A stretch of 64,000 nt of DNA from Eledone cirrhosa. Taxonomy: Eukaryota. Positions within the stretch are counted from its first letter, which is position 1, and every line of letters starts with the position of its first letter. Positions 1 through 12,987 of this stretch are shown here, in pieces. The DNA is taken from contig OZ024758.1 of the NCBI GenBank assembly GCA_964016885.1, forward strand, positions 9,920,001 to 9,984,000, read 5' to 3'. A program made the position numbers and the translations under genes. Under the pieces are notes generated by a model. That model saw nothing but the letters and a program-made list of their open reading frames with translations. It did not search any database and was not told the DNA's origin.

Positions 1-93
1 AGACGAGGACATAAATAAATAAATAAATAAATAGATAAAATAAAAATGGCGTAGACACTATAATACATACAATACAGCAGGGGAAACATGATA

Positions 94-147
94 ATAGTAC
101 CACTGATGATGTTGCAGATGTGCAACGAAAGAACTTTGTTAGACTAT
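94..147 (+). ncRNA. Type I hammerhead ribozyme motif
   Basis: CTGATGA at 103-109, extra T, stem II GTTGCA/TGCAAC, GAAA at 127-130, minimal stem III (A-G/C-U), CUU triplet, stem I ATAGT..CA/TG..ACTAT with an internal loop; followed by (TA)n. Confidence 0.65.
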
Positions 148-262
148 ATATATATATGTATTTATATCTGTATTTTTTACCGTTGGTCAGTCAGTTATAA
201 ATATTGATGGTCAAATGAATTAACTATGGAGATATAAAAGATACAGAAGCGAAAACCAACCA

Positions 263-375
263 AACAGTGAGTGTGTTGTGTTGTTATTTCTGGCAATATT
301 ATTACAACAATATGACCCTCCCCAATATATATATATATATATATTGTTATACTTGGGGAGAGTCATATTGTTGTA
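263..375. repeat. Dispersed repeat fragment with fold-back inverted arms around (TA)n
   Basis: Arms 303-325 and 353-375 are reverse complements; the same family occurs unfolded at ~30648-30720. Confidence 0.7.
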
Positions 376-376
376 T

Positions 377-468
<92 letters not shown>

Positions 469-469
469 C

Positions 470-1067
470 AGTTGGTACTACTGGTAACATGTATCCCAGT
501 ACAACCTGTCCCATGGTCGGGTCGTTGGCGACTAAACTGGCAACCCCACCAAGGTTTCTTGGTGAGGAGGGTGACTTTGGACATCCTGCAGGACTAAAAA
601 CAAAACCTGTCAAAGGGCAAAGGAGCTCTTAAGAGTCAATGGCCATCCAAAATCACTGGGAGAGATGACCCCTTAGCCTTTGTCAAGGCAGAATTCTAGG
701 AGAAGGAAAACTCTGATATAACACCTGCAACTCTGATGGTATCCAATGATGTTGACTTGTTCTTCTTTTTGGTAAATATCATCTTGGTTAAGAGGGTGGG
801 ACTGGCTTTGTGCAGTGCCTTTGCTCACTATAAAAGCTTCACGGCACAGGCATTGCTTTATATCTGGAGATCTCTCTGCACTTGTCATCACATGGTACCA
901 TGGGCCCAGCACTATGTGTCAATAATTGTCACAGGTGTAGTGTTTGTACCAGAGTTTTCAAGTCGCTGGCTGGACTAAGAAGTCACACTCGTTCAGCGCA
1001 TCGGTAGGGGTTCTCCTACATGGATATAAAGTAGTGGCCGTACTCGAAAACGAGTTGGCAGCCACCA

Positions 1068-1068
<1 letters not shown>
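470..1068 (+). mobile_element. Probable non-autonomous RTE-like retroelement (~600 bp)
   Basis: RTE-5'UTR-like motif CTAGGAGAAGGAAAACTCTGA; ends at GCCACC + microsatellite; near-identical 5'-truncated copy at 32260-32607 (-) ends at the same point; no coding ORF. Confidence 0.6.
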
Positions 1069-1153
<85 letters not shown>

Positions 1154-1685
1154 GAAAGTATCGCTTCTGTTTTACATTCGGAAATCGATATTATATTCTC
1201 AGCAAAAACCACACCAGACCTGCCAACGTTGATATACATCTATCTCGGTGGTTAGAGCGGTCATATGTAACTGAACATGCAGCCTTTCCGTAAGATGTAG
1301 CTCAGGTCGGATGTCATCAAAATTAGATCGCTTCAGTAAGCAAGATCTATGTAGCAATTATGCTGGCTGTATCTACTGCATTGCAGTGCAAAATCTATCG
1401 TCTTGTGTATGAAAAGATGGAGTCCAATCACACTGGAAGTACATTCAAACTTCAGACATGGACGCCATAACATCCAGTGTTTGTGAGTCGTGTTTTTATA
1501 GACTTCATATATCTCAGTAACAACTGATATAAGCCCCCCCCCCCCCCCACACACACACTCCCCTTCCTTAACTACCATACCTTTATTGCTCTAATTTATT
1601 GTTTTTGTTTTACTTATATAACTTTCACAATTAGTCCTATTTTTCTAGAAACTGATACGTCATTCGCTCACGACAAAGATCAGAT

Positions 1686-1719
<34 letters not shown>

Positions 1720-1884
1720 GGTGCTGCTACCACTACTACTACTGCTGCTGCTGCTGCTGCTACTGCTACATAGACATATACACTGATGCACACTTACATG
1801 TTAATGTGGTCGGTGTAAGTAAGTGTGTGTGTTTGTTACAAGATCATTATCTAGCATTTATCTGAGTGAATCTATATCGTTAGT

Positions 1885-2002
<118 letters not shown>

Positions 2003-2057
2003 CCACCTCCACGACCACTTTACAGTGGAATGATAGGGACCCCAGTCCCTATCATCT

Positions 2058-2195
2058 CATTTCTACAGCTGAGTAAACTGGAGCAATATGAAATAAAGTG
2101 TCTTGCTCAAGGAAACAACACATCACCCAGTCTGAGAATTGAACTCACAACCTTTCGATTGTAAGGCCAATGCGCTAACCACTAAGCCATGTGCC
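2058..2195 (-). mobile_element. tRNA-derived CORE-like SINE
   Basis: Minus strand: A box TGGCTTAGTGG, B box GAGTTCAATTC, CORE-like TCCTTGAGCAAGACACTT; relatives at 38754-38820 and 58909-59100. Confidence 0.75.
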
Positions 2196-2198
2196 GCC

Positions 2199-2251
<53 letters not shown>

Positions 2252-3009
2252 TATATATGTACATATGAACCATTCCTATGGCCCCTCCACTATCACTTTA
2301 TGACTACTCTCACCATCACTACACCTAAAGTGTTCAGTTGCAACTCTCTCTATCGCTGTGTACCCCCTTCCTCCACTATTGTGACTAAGAGGTTTGTTCC
2401 AACTACAAAATCTCTGTTAAAGATTAATTTTCATTAACTCTACTATGCTGCAATTTTGGATTTTCATTATACTTCGTACAGAAGTGAAAAACAAACAAAG
2501 AATATGTGCAGAAGTGAATTTAATCATAATGATTGTAGTCAAAAGCTGTGAAGCTGATTAACAAGAACATTCCTTGTTGCCAAACGTCCACTTCACAAAA
2601 TTAAAACTTCCTGGTTGATTTCGATGAGAAGCAAACCCGAGGGTGGTTTTCATAGCTTGTTATGCTGATGTTGATTGAATGAATGAAGCTGAAACTAATG
2701 CAATTGAAAGAGCTTTACTAGTAGTCTCTGGTCGTCAATGTGATTGAGCAGTACGGTTTGTTTCAACAGCCGATGAGCTGCTACCATTACAATACTCGTA
2801 TATGGGTTTTGTTTCAAAAATGTTTTGCATCGTTTGTTACTTTCTATCGTTGGGCGAACTCGAATTAAGCACAATTTTTAAAACAAAACAACATATTTTC
2901 CCAGTGAACACATGAGTCTACTGTACCAGTAATGTACTGGTGGTTGCTGGCCTTGTACCAAAAGTAGAAACAATTATTAAAGATTTAAACCCGTTCAGGT
3001 ATTTACTGA

Positions 3010-3224
3010 TTTCTGATTTAGGCACAAGGCCAGTAATTTTGGGTGAGGGGGGGGGTCGATTAAACCGACCCAGTATGTAATGGTACTCTATTTTATCGTC
3101 CACGTAAGGATGAAAAGTAAAGCTAACCAAGACGGGATTTGAACTCAGAACGTTAAGGGATGTATAACTACATGCCGAAAAGTATGTTCTCCGACGCTCT
3201 ACCGAAACTACCACTCCCACCGCC
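3010..3224 (-). mobile_element. tRNA-derived SINE, long (older) subfamily
   Basis: Diverged match to the dominant SINE (GGCGGTG head, GAGTTCAAATCCC B box, TTTCATCCTTACG..GATAAAATA.AGTACCA core). Confidence 0.8.
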
Positions 3225-4918
3225 ATTCTTTCCGACATATTATATCATATACTAGCAGTAAAGCCCGGCGTTGCTCGGGGTCGCTCAGTAGCTGTGTTAA
3301 AGTTACAATGTTAAGTTTCTTTTTTGGCTTAAAGTCTGTCTGCACGACTGTCTGTCTGCACGCCTAACGAAATTTACAGATACATATATTTTACGCTCAA
3401 TGTAAACAGAACAAAGGGAAATAACTCGTCACTTACGCTCAAAAATCGATACATTAGATTCGATTTCGTCACATAGGGTGGGTCAATTTGAAATATTTTT
3501 TTCCGATGTCTTCGCTCAATGTACAAGTATAGCAATTTCGGTGCAATTCCGTCAGAGATTCTAAGAGGAGATGTGTGCCAAAAATCGATAGACAGACAGA
3601 CAACCACAGCTTTATATATATAGATGAATAGTTTATAACTGACAATTGAGTAACGATAACGCAGCGTTTCTAAGTCTGTGTCAGGAGTACACAGACTCTT
3701 ACATTCTCTCTTCACTTGACTCTTGAGGAAAATAATATATTTATTGACTGTTGTAGATATGTTGAACAAAGTCATCTGAATTAAGATTTGTGAAAACCCT
3801 TGTTTCACATTCACGTTCACAATATAAGACTCTTGACGCTCTACCGAAACTACCACTCCCACCGCCATTCTTTCCGACATATTATATCATATATGAATAG
3901 TTTATAACTGACAATTGAGTAACGATAACGCAGCGTTTCTAAGTCTGTGTCAGGAGTACACAGACTCTTACATTCTCTCTTCACTTGACTCTTGAGGAAA
4001 ATAATATATTTATTGACTGTTGTAGATATGTTGAACAAAGTCATCTGAATTAAGATTTGTGAAAACCCTTGTTTCACATTCACGTTCACAATATAAGACT
4101 CTTGACGCTCTACCGAAACTACCACTCCCACCGCCATTCTTTCCGACATATTATATCATAGATGAATAGTTTATAACTGACAATTGAGTAACGATAACGC
4201 AGCGTTTCTAAGTCTGTGTCAGGAGTACACAGACTCTTACATTCTCTCTTCACTTGACTCTTGAGGAAAATAATATATTTATTGACTGTTGTAGATATGT
4301 TGAACAAAGTCATCTGAATTAAGATTTGTGAAAACCCTTGTTTCACATTCACGTTCACAATATAAGACTCTTGACGCTCTACCGAAACTACCACTCCCAC
4401 CGCCATTCTTTCCGACATATTATATCATAGATGAATAGTTTATAACTGACAATTGAGTAACGATAACGCAGCGTTTCTAAGTCTGTGTCAGGAGTACACA
4501 GACTCTTACATTCTCTCTTCACTTGACTCTTGAGGAAAATAATATATTTATTGACTGTTGTAGATATGTTGAACAAAGTCATCTGAATTAAGATTTGTGA
4601 AAACCCCAGTTTCACATTCACATTGACGTTCACAATATAAGACTCTTGACGCTCTACCGAAACTACCACTCCCACCGCCATTCTTTCCGACATATTATAT
4701 CATAGATGAATAGTTTATAACTGACAATTGAGTAACGATAACGCAGCGTTTCTAAGTCTGTGTCAGGAGTACACAGACTCTTACATTCTCTCTTCACTTG
4801 ACTCTTGAAGAAAATAATATATTTATTGACTGTTGTAGATATGTTGAACAAAGTCATCTGAATTAAGATTTGTGAAAACCCCAGTTTCACATTCACGTTC
4901 ACAATATAAGACTCTTGA
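3193..4918. repeat. 269-bp tandem array, 5 units (first unit interrupted by a Helitron)
   Basis: Unit starts at 3193, 3835, 4104, 4373 and 4648 (one unit is +6 bp); near-identical; each unit begins with the SINE head on the minus strand. Confidence 0.95.
3252..3624 (-). mobile_element. Non-autonomous Helitron (373 bp)
   Basis: Minus strand 5'-TC ... CCCGAGCAACGCCGGG hairpin ... CTAG-3', between A and T with no TSD; removing it restores the neighbouring repeat unit exactly. Confidence 0.88.
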
Positions 4919-5129
4919 AAAATTTCTCCATTTCCCGATTCTGACCATAACCTGTACTTTTCCTACATGATAGACAACGCTATTTTTGTTATCATTGTCT
5001 ATCAATTGACGTGTTTATAAGTATATATAAATTATTCTGGTTTGTAAAAGTTAGTTGATAAACTAAAATATAATGCAGTTCCCATTATGAATAAACATTA
5101 ACATTCTATATTAATTACATGCTGTCAAT

Positions 5130-5305
5130 GGATTGGCAGTATCGGTAAAGCGTCAGACACTACGTTTTGCAGCATAGAGTTATGACCCTTTACGTTCTGA
5201 GTTCAAATCTCACTTAGGTTAACTTTGCCTTTCATCCTTACGGGGTCGATAGAATAAAGTACCAGTAATGCACTGGGGGTAATTTCTGGTCTTGTGCGAA
5301 ACGTA
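5130..5305 (+). mobile_element. tRNA-derived SINE copy
   Basis: A/B boxes and central domain; flanked by repeated ATTAATTACATGC. Confidence 0.8.
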
Positions 5306-5907
5306 ATTAATTACATGCGAAACAATTAATTACATGCTTATTAAACAGGAGGTTCTGAGGAAACTAGAGTTCTGTCGGTAAATACAAATACTCCACACAG
5401 TGGGATATGTTGTTTTATGTGGTGAAAAATAGGAGAATGCTAACGTTTCCAACACGAACAAAAGACCCAGAGAAACTATTAGAAGCCTTTTTAAATAAAA
5501 CGCAAAACTGTGAGTGAGAAAATAAAAGAAGTGGAATAGTGATGAAAGCAAAGGTGCAGATGTGGAGGGAAAGCGAGAGATTGATGATGTAGTGTGAGAG
5601 GTGTAGTGTGAGAGATGTTGGGTGAGATGTGATGTAGTGTGAGAGCTGATGTAGTGTGAGAGGTGGTGTAGAGTGAGAGGTGGTGTAGCATGAAAACACT
5701 TTTGTATAAAGTATTAATTCAGGTCTGAAAAGGTTAATTGATAAACTAAAATATTTAGCAATTCTCATTAGAAAAATTAACAATTTATAAAAGAATTCAT
5801 GAAATAAACTAATTACGAACAGGGAACCGGTGATGTTCTGCGTCGGTGAAAAGTAATACGAATAATTCAGACAATGCAATGTTCCATGCCATTTAAAAGA
5901 AGAAAAT

Positions 5908-6940
5908 TTAAATGTTTCGGACGCATGTCCTTCTTCGGTGAGAGAAAAAACACAGAAATGGTAGAGTGTTTTTGAGGGTTCAATGTAGAATGAGAGAAAA
6001 GGTAATGCTAGTTTTAGACGTATGAGGATTGTGTGATTAGGAGACTGTGTGACTAATGAGCTAGTCAATGCGAGAGGAAGTAGATTGAGGTGGGGTTAAA
6101 GTTTGTAGCAGAATCCAGATAGTTGGGGTGAGAGATAATTAATAAAAGCTGGGGGGGGGGGGGTGCAAAACAAAAGGTCATATAGCTGATAACCTAGCCG
6201 TATCTACATTCAAGATGGAAATGTAGAAGGAGAAAGGGGATGAGATAGCAATATAGCTCAGAACAATGAATTAATATAATTTCAAAAGTGAGAAATATAT
6301 TTAAAGAATGCATGGGCCGTAAAACACTGGGATTGTAAGGGCTGATCAAAATTGTAAGGACAAAGGAATGGACAGAGAATGAACGCAGAGTAGTCGACTA
6401 TTTACATGTATGAACAAACAGTTGTAGATATTTGACAAGGAGAATATATAACGTTCATTAATGCATATGGGCGAAGAGCCTAGAGCAAAGTTTAGTTGTT
6501 TTTTTTTCTACATTAACGGGTGAAGTTTAAACTGCGTTTCAAAATAATTCTACAAACTAAGAGATTATTAATGAATGACAGGGCAAACTAAAATGTTCAG
6601 CTACGAGTAACTCTAACTTTTATTAGTAACCATAGTCATCCTGTTAGTTAGTTGATAGAACTTGCCGGAGAAGGAGAAACCATTGAGTGTAAGGACAGGT
6701 TCAGCAAGGCGAGGGAGGGTGGTGCAGGCTTCAGGGAAAGAGCAGACAAAAAAGAAATGTTTCATGGCTGTGAGGCCCCCATCATTGTAGGGGATGCCAG
6801 TGAATAGACAGATTCAACATTATTGGGAATCTTGAGGGTCTAGGAGAGAAAGAAAAGGATTTGAGAATATTAAAGCTATGGTTAATACCCTTGACAGGGC
6901 TGAGTGACAGCGAGGGTAGCACGAGTTTATCAAATATTTG
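5908..6940 (-). mobile_element. Possible highly decayed Penelope-like element 3' part ending in a degenerate hammerhead
   Basis: LVLPS..IN HSFNIL linker-like peptide at ~6850-6930; VIYSPC..C.Y GIY-YIG-like remnant at ~6400-6455; CCGAAGA-A-GGAC/GTCC-GAAACATT at 5908-5942. Confidence 0.35.
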
Positions 6941-7071
6941 CTTACGATATGATTCATACATACACATACACGTACACATACAAACATAGAAACTTCCTTT
7001 CCATAGCTTTTATAACGCAAATCTTCCCGCTGGTATTCGCAATGCACGCAGCTTGTATATAAAATAATAAT

Positions 7072-7239
7072 TGTTTCTACTTTAGGCACAAGGCCAGCAA
7101 TTACTCAGTGCATTACTGGTACTTTATTTTATCTACCCCGTAAGGATGAAAGGCAAAGTCAACCTCAGATCGTAAAGGGACGTAACTATGCTGGAAAGCA
7201 TGGCGTCCGACCCTCTACCGGTACTGCCAATCCACCGCC
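7072..7239 (-). mobile_element. tRNA-derived SINE with 20-bp TSD
   Basis: TSD CTTGTATATAAAATAATAAT at 7052-7071 and 7240-7259; internal deletion of the B box. Confidence 0.9.
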
Positions 7240-7763
7240 CTTGTATATAAAATAATAATAATAGTATTTTTATGGCTGTAGCATATTTAAACATTATTAA
7301 TCACCCTATTACCAGCAGGCATGTTACTATTGTCTAGCCATCACTCTCTAATCCATGCAATTATTTTTGCACTGTACTCTCCTATTATCTTTAAAGAAAT
7401 TAAGGAATGGGGTATACTCTCTCACCATCCCACTCTTTCATGTGGACTCCACTATCTGTGTTAGTAAGACCAAATATGCCTCCAGGCGTCTCCCTTAATT
7501 GCCAAGATCGGATTACATTATGATGGTCAATGAGTTGACGTTTCCTTCTCTGCTACAGAAAATATTGTTAATTATTATTAATTAGTTTTTTTTCCCTTCA
7601 CTACGTTAAATATGTTGGCCATAGTTTGAACTATTCATAGTGTCTACAAATTATATGTAGAATTTAACCCCTATTGTACTGTATGCACACGGCGAACTCT
7701 TTATTATTGCAAAGTGTGTATTCCTTGTCATGTGCCATAAGATGTTATAGTCATACTATAGAC

Positions 7764-7835
7764 CATCGTTTCTCAAGCGATTTTCCCCAGAACCCTAAGG
7801 TTCCGCAAGGGGTCGCTCGGGATTTCGGGGGAAAC
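7764..7835 (+). mobile_element. hAT/Charlie-like terminal fragment
   Basis: CATCGTTTCTCAA...GAACCCTAAGGTTCCGCAAGGGGTCGC resembles Charlie-type ends. Confidence 0.4.
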
Positions 7836-7933
7836 AATGATAAATAAGCTATCTATGATAAATAAACCACTTATCCGAAAAAATATATTATATTTACCAT
7901 ATTAACTACGATACATTAACTACACATCGGGGT

Positions 7934-8004
7934 GATGTGTTGGTGTAATGGTAGCACAGTGGTCTGGATAACCAAAGATGTGGGTTCGACTCCCATCTAC
8001 GTCA
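7934..8004 (+). pseudogene. tRNA-like cloverleaf (71 nt, GGA anticodon, short variable loop); tRNA pseudogene or SINE head
   Basis: Acceptor GATGTGT/CTACGTC, D stem GTGT/GCAC, anticodon stem TGGT/ACCA with loop CTGGATA, T arm GTGGG-TTCGACT-CCCAT. Confidence 0.65.
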
Positions 8005-8225
8005 ATACTCATCTTTTTCCATTTCTCTGAGGGTTCTAACCCCACTATCAGGCTAAAAATTTCTTTAGTCAAAAATACGGTGAAAGCTTATATTTCTAAT
8101 TTCAAACTCGCCCACTGTTTCAAAACATACTTACATATATATATATATATATATATATATAAGTTAATCACTACCTTGATTGAATCTTAACCATCTACTA
8201 TGTCAGGGTATGTCATGTATCATTT

Positions 8226-8292
8226 TATTTTATCTGATGAGGACGTACTGTTGAACTTAACTCAGTACCTCTGAAATATGTATAATAAAATA
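8226..8292 (+). ncRNA. Type I hammerhead motif (C-C mismatch family) in a PLE-LTR-like repeat
   Basis: Stem I TATTTTAT/ATAAAATA, CTGATGA, stem II GGA-C-GTACTG/CAGTAC-C-TCT, GAAA, self-complementary stem III ATATGTAT, AUA triplet; ~170-bp context repeated at ~44362-44535. Confidence 0.75.
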
Positions 8293-8671
8293 TAATTGAT
8301 CACAAGAATATATATTTTGTTAATATTTTGAATTAATATTAATAACTCTGGAAAATATTTTTCAGTTGAGTGCTTCCAATCTATTGTAAAACTCATTCTT
8401 TGATGTATTCATTGAACCTTGTTTAACTCTTAAATATATATATTTCTATTGAAATATTGAAATACATGGAATATTGTGAATCGAGACTAAATAAATTTAT
8501 TGTAGAAACGCATTGAGCTGTTGTAATCACCATAAGTACAGGTTTATATTTAGCTACAATATGGCTAGTGTGTGTCTGTTACATTTATTACTGGACACGA
8601 ACGTTACAAATTTACATTGAAAGAAAAAGTGTAATACATTGAAAGAAAAAGTGTAATATTCTATAAAAAGA

Positions 8672-9130
8672 CTAGCTGAGGTACCCGGCTTCGCTCGGGA
8701 GAACAGAAAAAACGACTGTATTGGATGTGTTTTCTGGTATGAGGTGAGACCGCCATGTGTGTGAGTGTGTGTGAGAGAGACATAAAAATAAAAAAACAAT
8801 CATAAAACTTCCTTATTAGGCTGGGGGAGTAAACTGCCGATTAAATGGTAGCATTGACCTTGGATTTTAAATGTTGTGAAATAACCATAGTCAGTATGAT
8901 CCTTTTTCAGCTCCAAAGGACGTCATCTGAAACAGCAATATACCACATAACATTGCTTCTGAAGTGTTTAGCTTCGTTAGTACGGTCTGTAAGTAGTATA
9001 TGGATAAAAGCTGGAGGGTAGATTAATTTCAAATTGTATCAAATTTTCTTTGTTCTGCAAAATCAAAGACCATTTTTATTATTCCACAATGCTTCAAGCA
9101 AACTTCAACACTCTCTTATATATATATATA
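8672..9130 (-). mobile_element. Helitron-like non-autonomous element (3' end clear, 5' end uncertain)
   Basis: Plus strand ACTAG...CCCGGCTTCGCTCGGG = hairpin + CTAG|T on the minus strand. Confidence 0.5.
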
Positions 9131-9139
9131 CATTTATGA

Positions 9140-9280
9140 GTCCAGAATTAGCCGTCGAAACGGCTTGAGCTCAGCCGTCGGGGTCCTACTCGTTCCTATT
9201 ACCCACTCTACTACCCTAAGTATTGAGTTCTTTGGTGCGTTATGGTCCATCTGGTTCCTTACCACATTTCCTTCGTTATA
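9140..9280 (+). mobile_element. PLE terminal-repeat-like fragment between (TA)n tracts
   Basis: Same family as 15617-15750, 28596-28750 (-) and 63340-63429. Confidence 0.65.
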
Positions 9281-9668
9281 TACATTTATATATATATATC
9301 TTTTGTTGAAATGACTCGGCTGTTATTTCTAGCTGTCGATAACCCTATTCATACCACTGGCTTGACGGTGGGGCGACGTGTTTTGTTTTTTTAAACCACG
9401 TGTGCTTTTCGCATGTAATGATATGTTTCTTTATTAGCCACAGGGGCACAAAAGAAGGGGACAAATACAAAGGGGGAAGTTTACTTAGCATGTAATGATA
9501 GATAGGTAAATCTTCCCCTTTGCCGATGATCGAAGATTTAACATCTGTGATTCACCGATTAATGGTGAAATATATTTCTTCAATGGAATATATACAAAGG
9601 AGATTAATCGCCATTGCAAGGTCGGTGAATTGGCAGTATCGGTAGAGGGTTGGACGCCATGTTTTCTA

Positions 9669-9801
9669 TAGATATATATATGTATGTATAGATATATATA
9701 TGTATGGATATATATATATGTGTATGTATATATATATATATATGTATATATATATGTATATATATATATATATGTATATATATGTGTGTGTGTGTATATG
9801 C

Positions 9802-9869
<68 letters not shown>

Positions 9870-9880
9870 GTATATATATG

Positions 9881-9915
<35 letters not shown>

Positions 9916-10210
9916 GTATATATATGTATATATATATGTATATATATATGTATATATATATGTATATATATATATATGTATATATATATGTATATATATA
10001 TATATGTATATATATATATGTATATATATATGTATATGTATATATATATGTATATATATATGTATATGTATATATATATGTATATATATATGTATATGTA
10101 TATATGTATATATATATATACCTGTATATATATATATTTTTAACGGCGATGAATTATATAACAATATATATATATACACACATATATATATTCACAGAGA
10201 CACATACACG

Positions 10211-10295
<85 letters not shown>
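9669..10295. repeat. Compound (TA)n/(TG)/(CA) microsatellite field
   Basis: Direct inspection. Confidence 0.95.
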
Positions 10296-10298
<3 letters not shown>

Positions 10299-11520
10299 AC
10301 CACCTACCAACATCTTTGATCTGTCCTTTGTTTTTTTTAGCAATATATTGTTTTGCGCAAGTTGAATATTAAAAAAAAATTCTGTTTTTCATAATTTTCT
10401 GATGCACTCATCTTTTTATTTTGCTTTAATTAGCAATTATTTTTTGTTATTCTTTATTCTTCTACTCAAGGCTATATATTTCACATGACAACGTTATTGT
10501 TAATTGCATTTATCCCACGAAAGAAAACAATTTCCGAATAGTTACTATAAATTCTACGAATGAAAACGATATTTGCCTGTTCAGAAGATTCCCCCCCCCC
10601 CCACACACACACACACACACACAAAAACAAAAAAAAAAACATGGCAACCACATCACATAATACATTGAAGGTTATATGGTTAGTACAAAACCTAAGTTGC
10701 AGAAATGTCAAGCCAGAAATAGAATCATTGATCACTTTTACTAAAATACAACAAACAAACATTAAATTCTTATCTATTAGCGTGTCCCTTGATCTATGGA
10801 TGCGAAAAAGTCTGACGTCCATTTTCTTGTCCATTTGGCTGTGTATAATGAAATAGTTTAGGATTTGTTTAAAATATATTTCTAGCTAATATTTCAATTG
10901 ATATTTTTAGAAATAAGTCAGTTAATGGAGGTGGGGAAGTGTCATGACCTTTGTTGACTGTTCCAGTTTTATGTTGATATTTAGTTGAATCATATTTAAA
11001 TTGACGTTCGCGGAGCAAACTTGGATGAGAGGAGAGAAAATTATAAAGAGGTACAGTTCTGGTGAAGAATGATTGGTTAAAGAGAGAGAGGTAGGGGACC
11101 AGGGTGGGGGGTGGGGGTGCATGGGTGTATGGAGAATGCTCTTACCTAGTTTAGGGATAGAAACTATTATAGTACAAAGAAGCGAAAAGAAGAAACATCA
11201 GGCCCGTGAGCTAATGTTTGAAACGTGTTGACGAGGAAATCGTAAGACGTTTAGTAGTAGGGCTCACTGCATAGAAAACAACAATTGCACAATAACAAGA
11301 TCTTCTTGAAATTTAACGTCCAAATAATCGACGTTAACTATGAAGGGATCTGCTATCCACATTGGGATGTCCATCTGCAAAAGATCGATAAACCGTTCTC
11401 TCGTATTGTCTTGTAGCGCTGTCTTATGCTGTCTGCATGCTCATTCAAATACATTCACACTGGCTGTCTCGGGGACGTACAAATATGGCTTATAAAACTT
11501 ACCATAGTAAAGAGCCTTCC

Positions 11521-11651
11521 AGCGCTCCCTAGCGCCCCCCCCCCCCCCAAAGCTCCAAACGCCCCCTAATGCTCCCTTACTCCAAAACGCCCCCTTGGCG
11601 CTCCCAAATGCCCCCCTGGAGGGGCATATGCTCCCCCGTTGAGAACTTCTG
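11521..11651 (+). mobile_element. hAT/Charlie-like 3' terminal fragment
   Basis: CGCCCCC subterminal repeats ending CCCCCGTTGAGAACTTCTG. Confidence 0.45.
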
Positions 11652-12096
11652 TTTTAAAGTGTTTAGTCCTTCCTGAAATTTATGCCTGCCATATATTTTC
11701 GAAAGGCATGAAATAGAAGTTATTCAAGAGCACCAACCATGTCTGTCTTACTCGCGTCTCTGGAAAAACTGGACACAGCTGCTTCTTCCAGTCTAAATGC
11801 CTAGGGGAAAAAAGTAATATTTATAATATGATGGTTATGAAAGAATAAGTATCAGACTTTGGCACAGTTTGAACCAATGAAACAAGAAACTGTCAACATC
11901 CAAAATATACCCCAACAAGATAAATAAATGTGATAAGAGATTTTATTATATTAATCATTCTTTAAGAGGTTTCTTGTTCAACTCTTTGCTGAAAATAATC
12001 TATCAATAGAACCTGTTGACATTTTAACAGACAGCTTTCATAGTAAATCAATGATAAGTATATCAAGTCCATCGTCAAAACCATCTGAAAAACAAG

Positions 12097-12167
<71 letters not shown>

Positions 12168-12237
12168 GTATGTATGTTTGTATTTATATATTTATACACA
12201 TAAGATTCAGCTGTTATTTCTAGTAGCTCGTATGTCC

Positions 12238-12297
<60 letters not shown>

Positions 12298-12298
<1 letters not shown>

Positions 12299-12777
12299 TA
12301 GCCGAATTACCCGCGCCTTGCTGCGTTTCACACATTTTTTTCTAAGAAAATGATGATTGATTTTAAATGGAGAAAAACTCTGCATTTCAATATTACTCAA
12401 TGTAAAATGTAATGCATGAAAAATTGGAAAACATTATTTTTTTGTAATATATCAAATCAAAATTACATTATTAAATCGTATTCTTATTTTGTTTCTTGTA
12501 AATAATCTTTTTCAAAATATCAATTCAAAACTTTTGTGAATAGGCATCATATCTTGTCATTTACCTATGGTTTAAATTTCATATAAATCGAAGGGAAAAA
12601 AATTTCAGCGGGGGTTTGAGGCCCCGGGGAACCCTTTGATTAAAATGAAATATACTTATCGAAGTACCCTGAGCAATGTAGTTTCAGAATATATATGGTT
12701 ATAGGGGTCTATCTCCAAAACCATAGGAGGAGTTCGTGAACAAACAAACAGACAGGAACTACAACTTTATATATAGA
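12298..12777 (-). mobile_element. Non-autonomous Helitron (480 bp) inserted in (AT)n
   Basis: Minus strand 5'-TCTATATATAAAG ... CTAG-3' between A and T; same terminal layout as 3252-3624. Confidence 0.8.
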
Positions 12778-12787
12778 TATATACATA

Positions 12788-12975
12788 AAGGACATAAGAG
12801 CTACTAGAAATAGCAGCTGAATCTTCCCTAAATCACAAACCTTAAAATCGAAGAGCATTTTAAATGATGTAATCCTAGATACAATGTGTCTGAGAGAAGA
12901 GAAAAAAACGAGGATGGTAACAGCTGGAATGCCATAGACCTACTTGATCAAGGCGGACATGGCGCTAAACAACAT
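12788..12975. mobile_element. Unclassified dispersed repeat
   Basis: Diverged relatives at ~42470-42630 and ~58790-58880; its first 38 bp are duplicated in inverted orientation at 12202-12239. Confidence 0.5.
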
Positions 12976-12987
12976 TTTTTATTAGTT

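Noticed and set aside
1324-1773. Possible exons (IASVSKIYVAIML...; ETDTSFAHDKDQITTT...)
   Set aside because: No recognisable homology, inconsistent frames, trinucleotide-repeat content
3374-4902. Repeated 99-aa ORFs (MSERMAVGVV...)
   Set aside because: Product of the 269-bp tandem array, starting in a SINE head
9604-10372. Long YI/HT/CV-rich ORFs here and at ~30656-31228, 32936-33630, 50200-50786, 59863-60207 and 63152-63966
   Set aside because: They are translations of dinucleotide microsatellites that lack stop codons
7764-11651. Two hAT-like ends as one 3.9-kb element
   Set aside because: The 8-bp flanks do not match as a TSD and the TIRs differ
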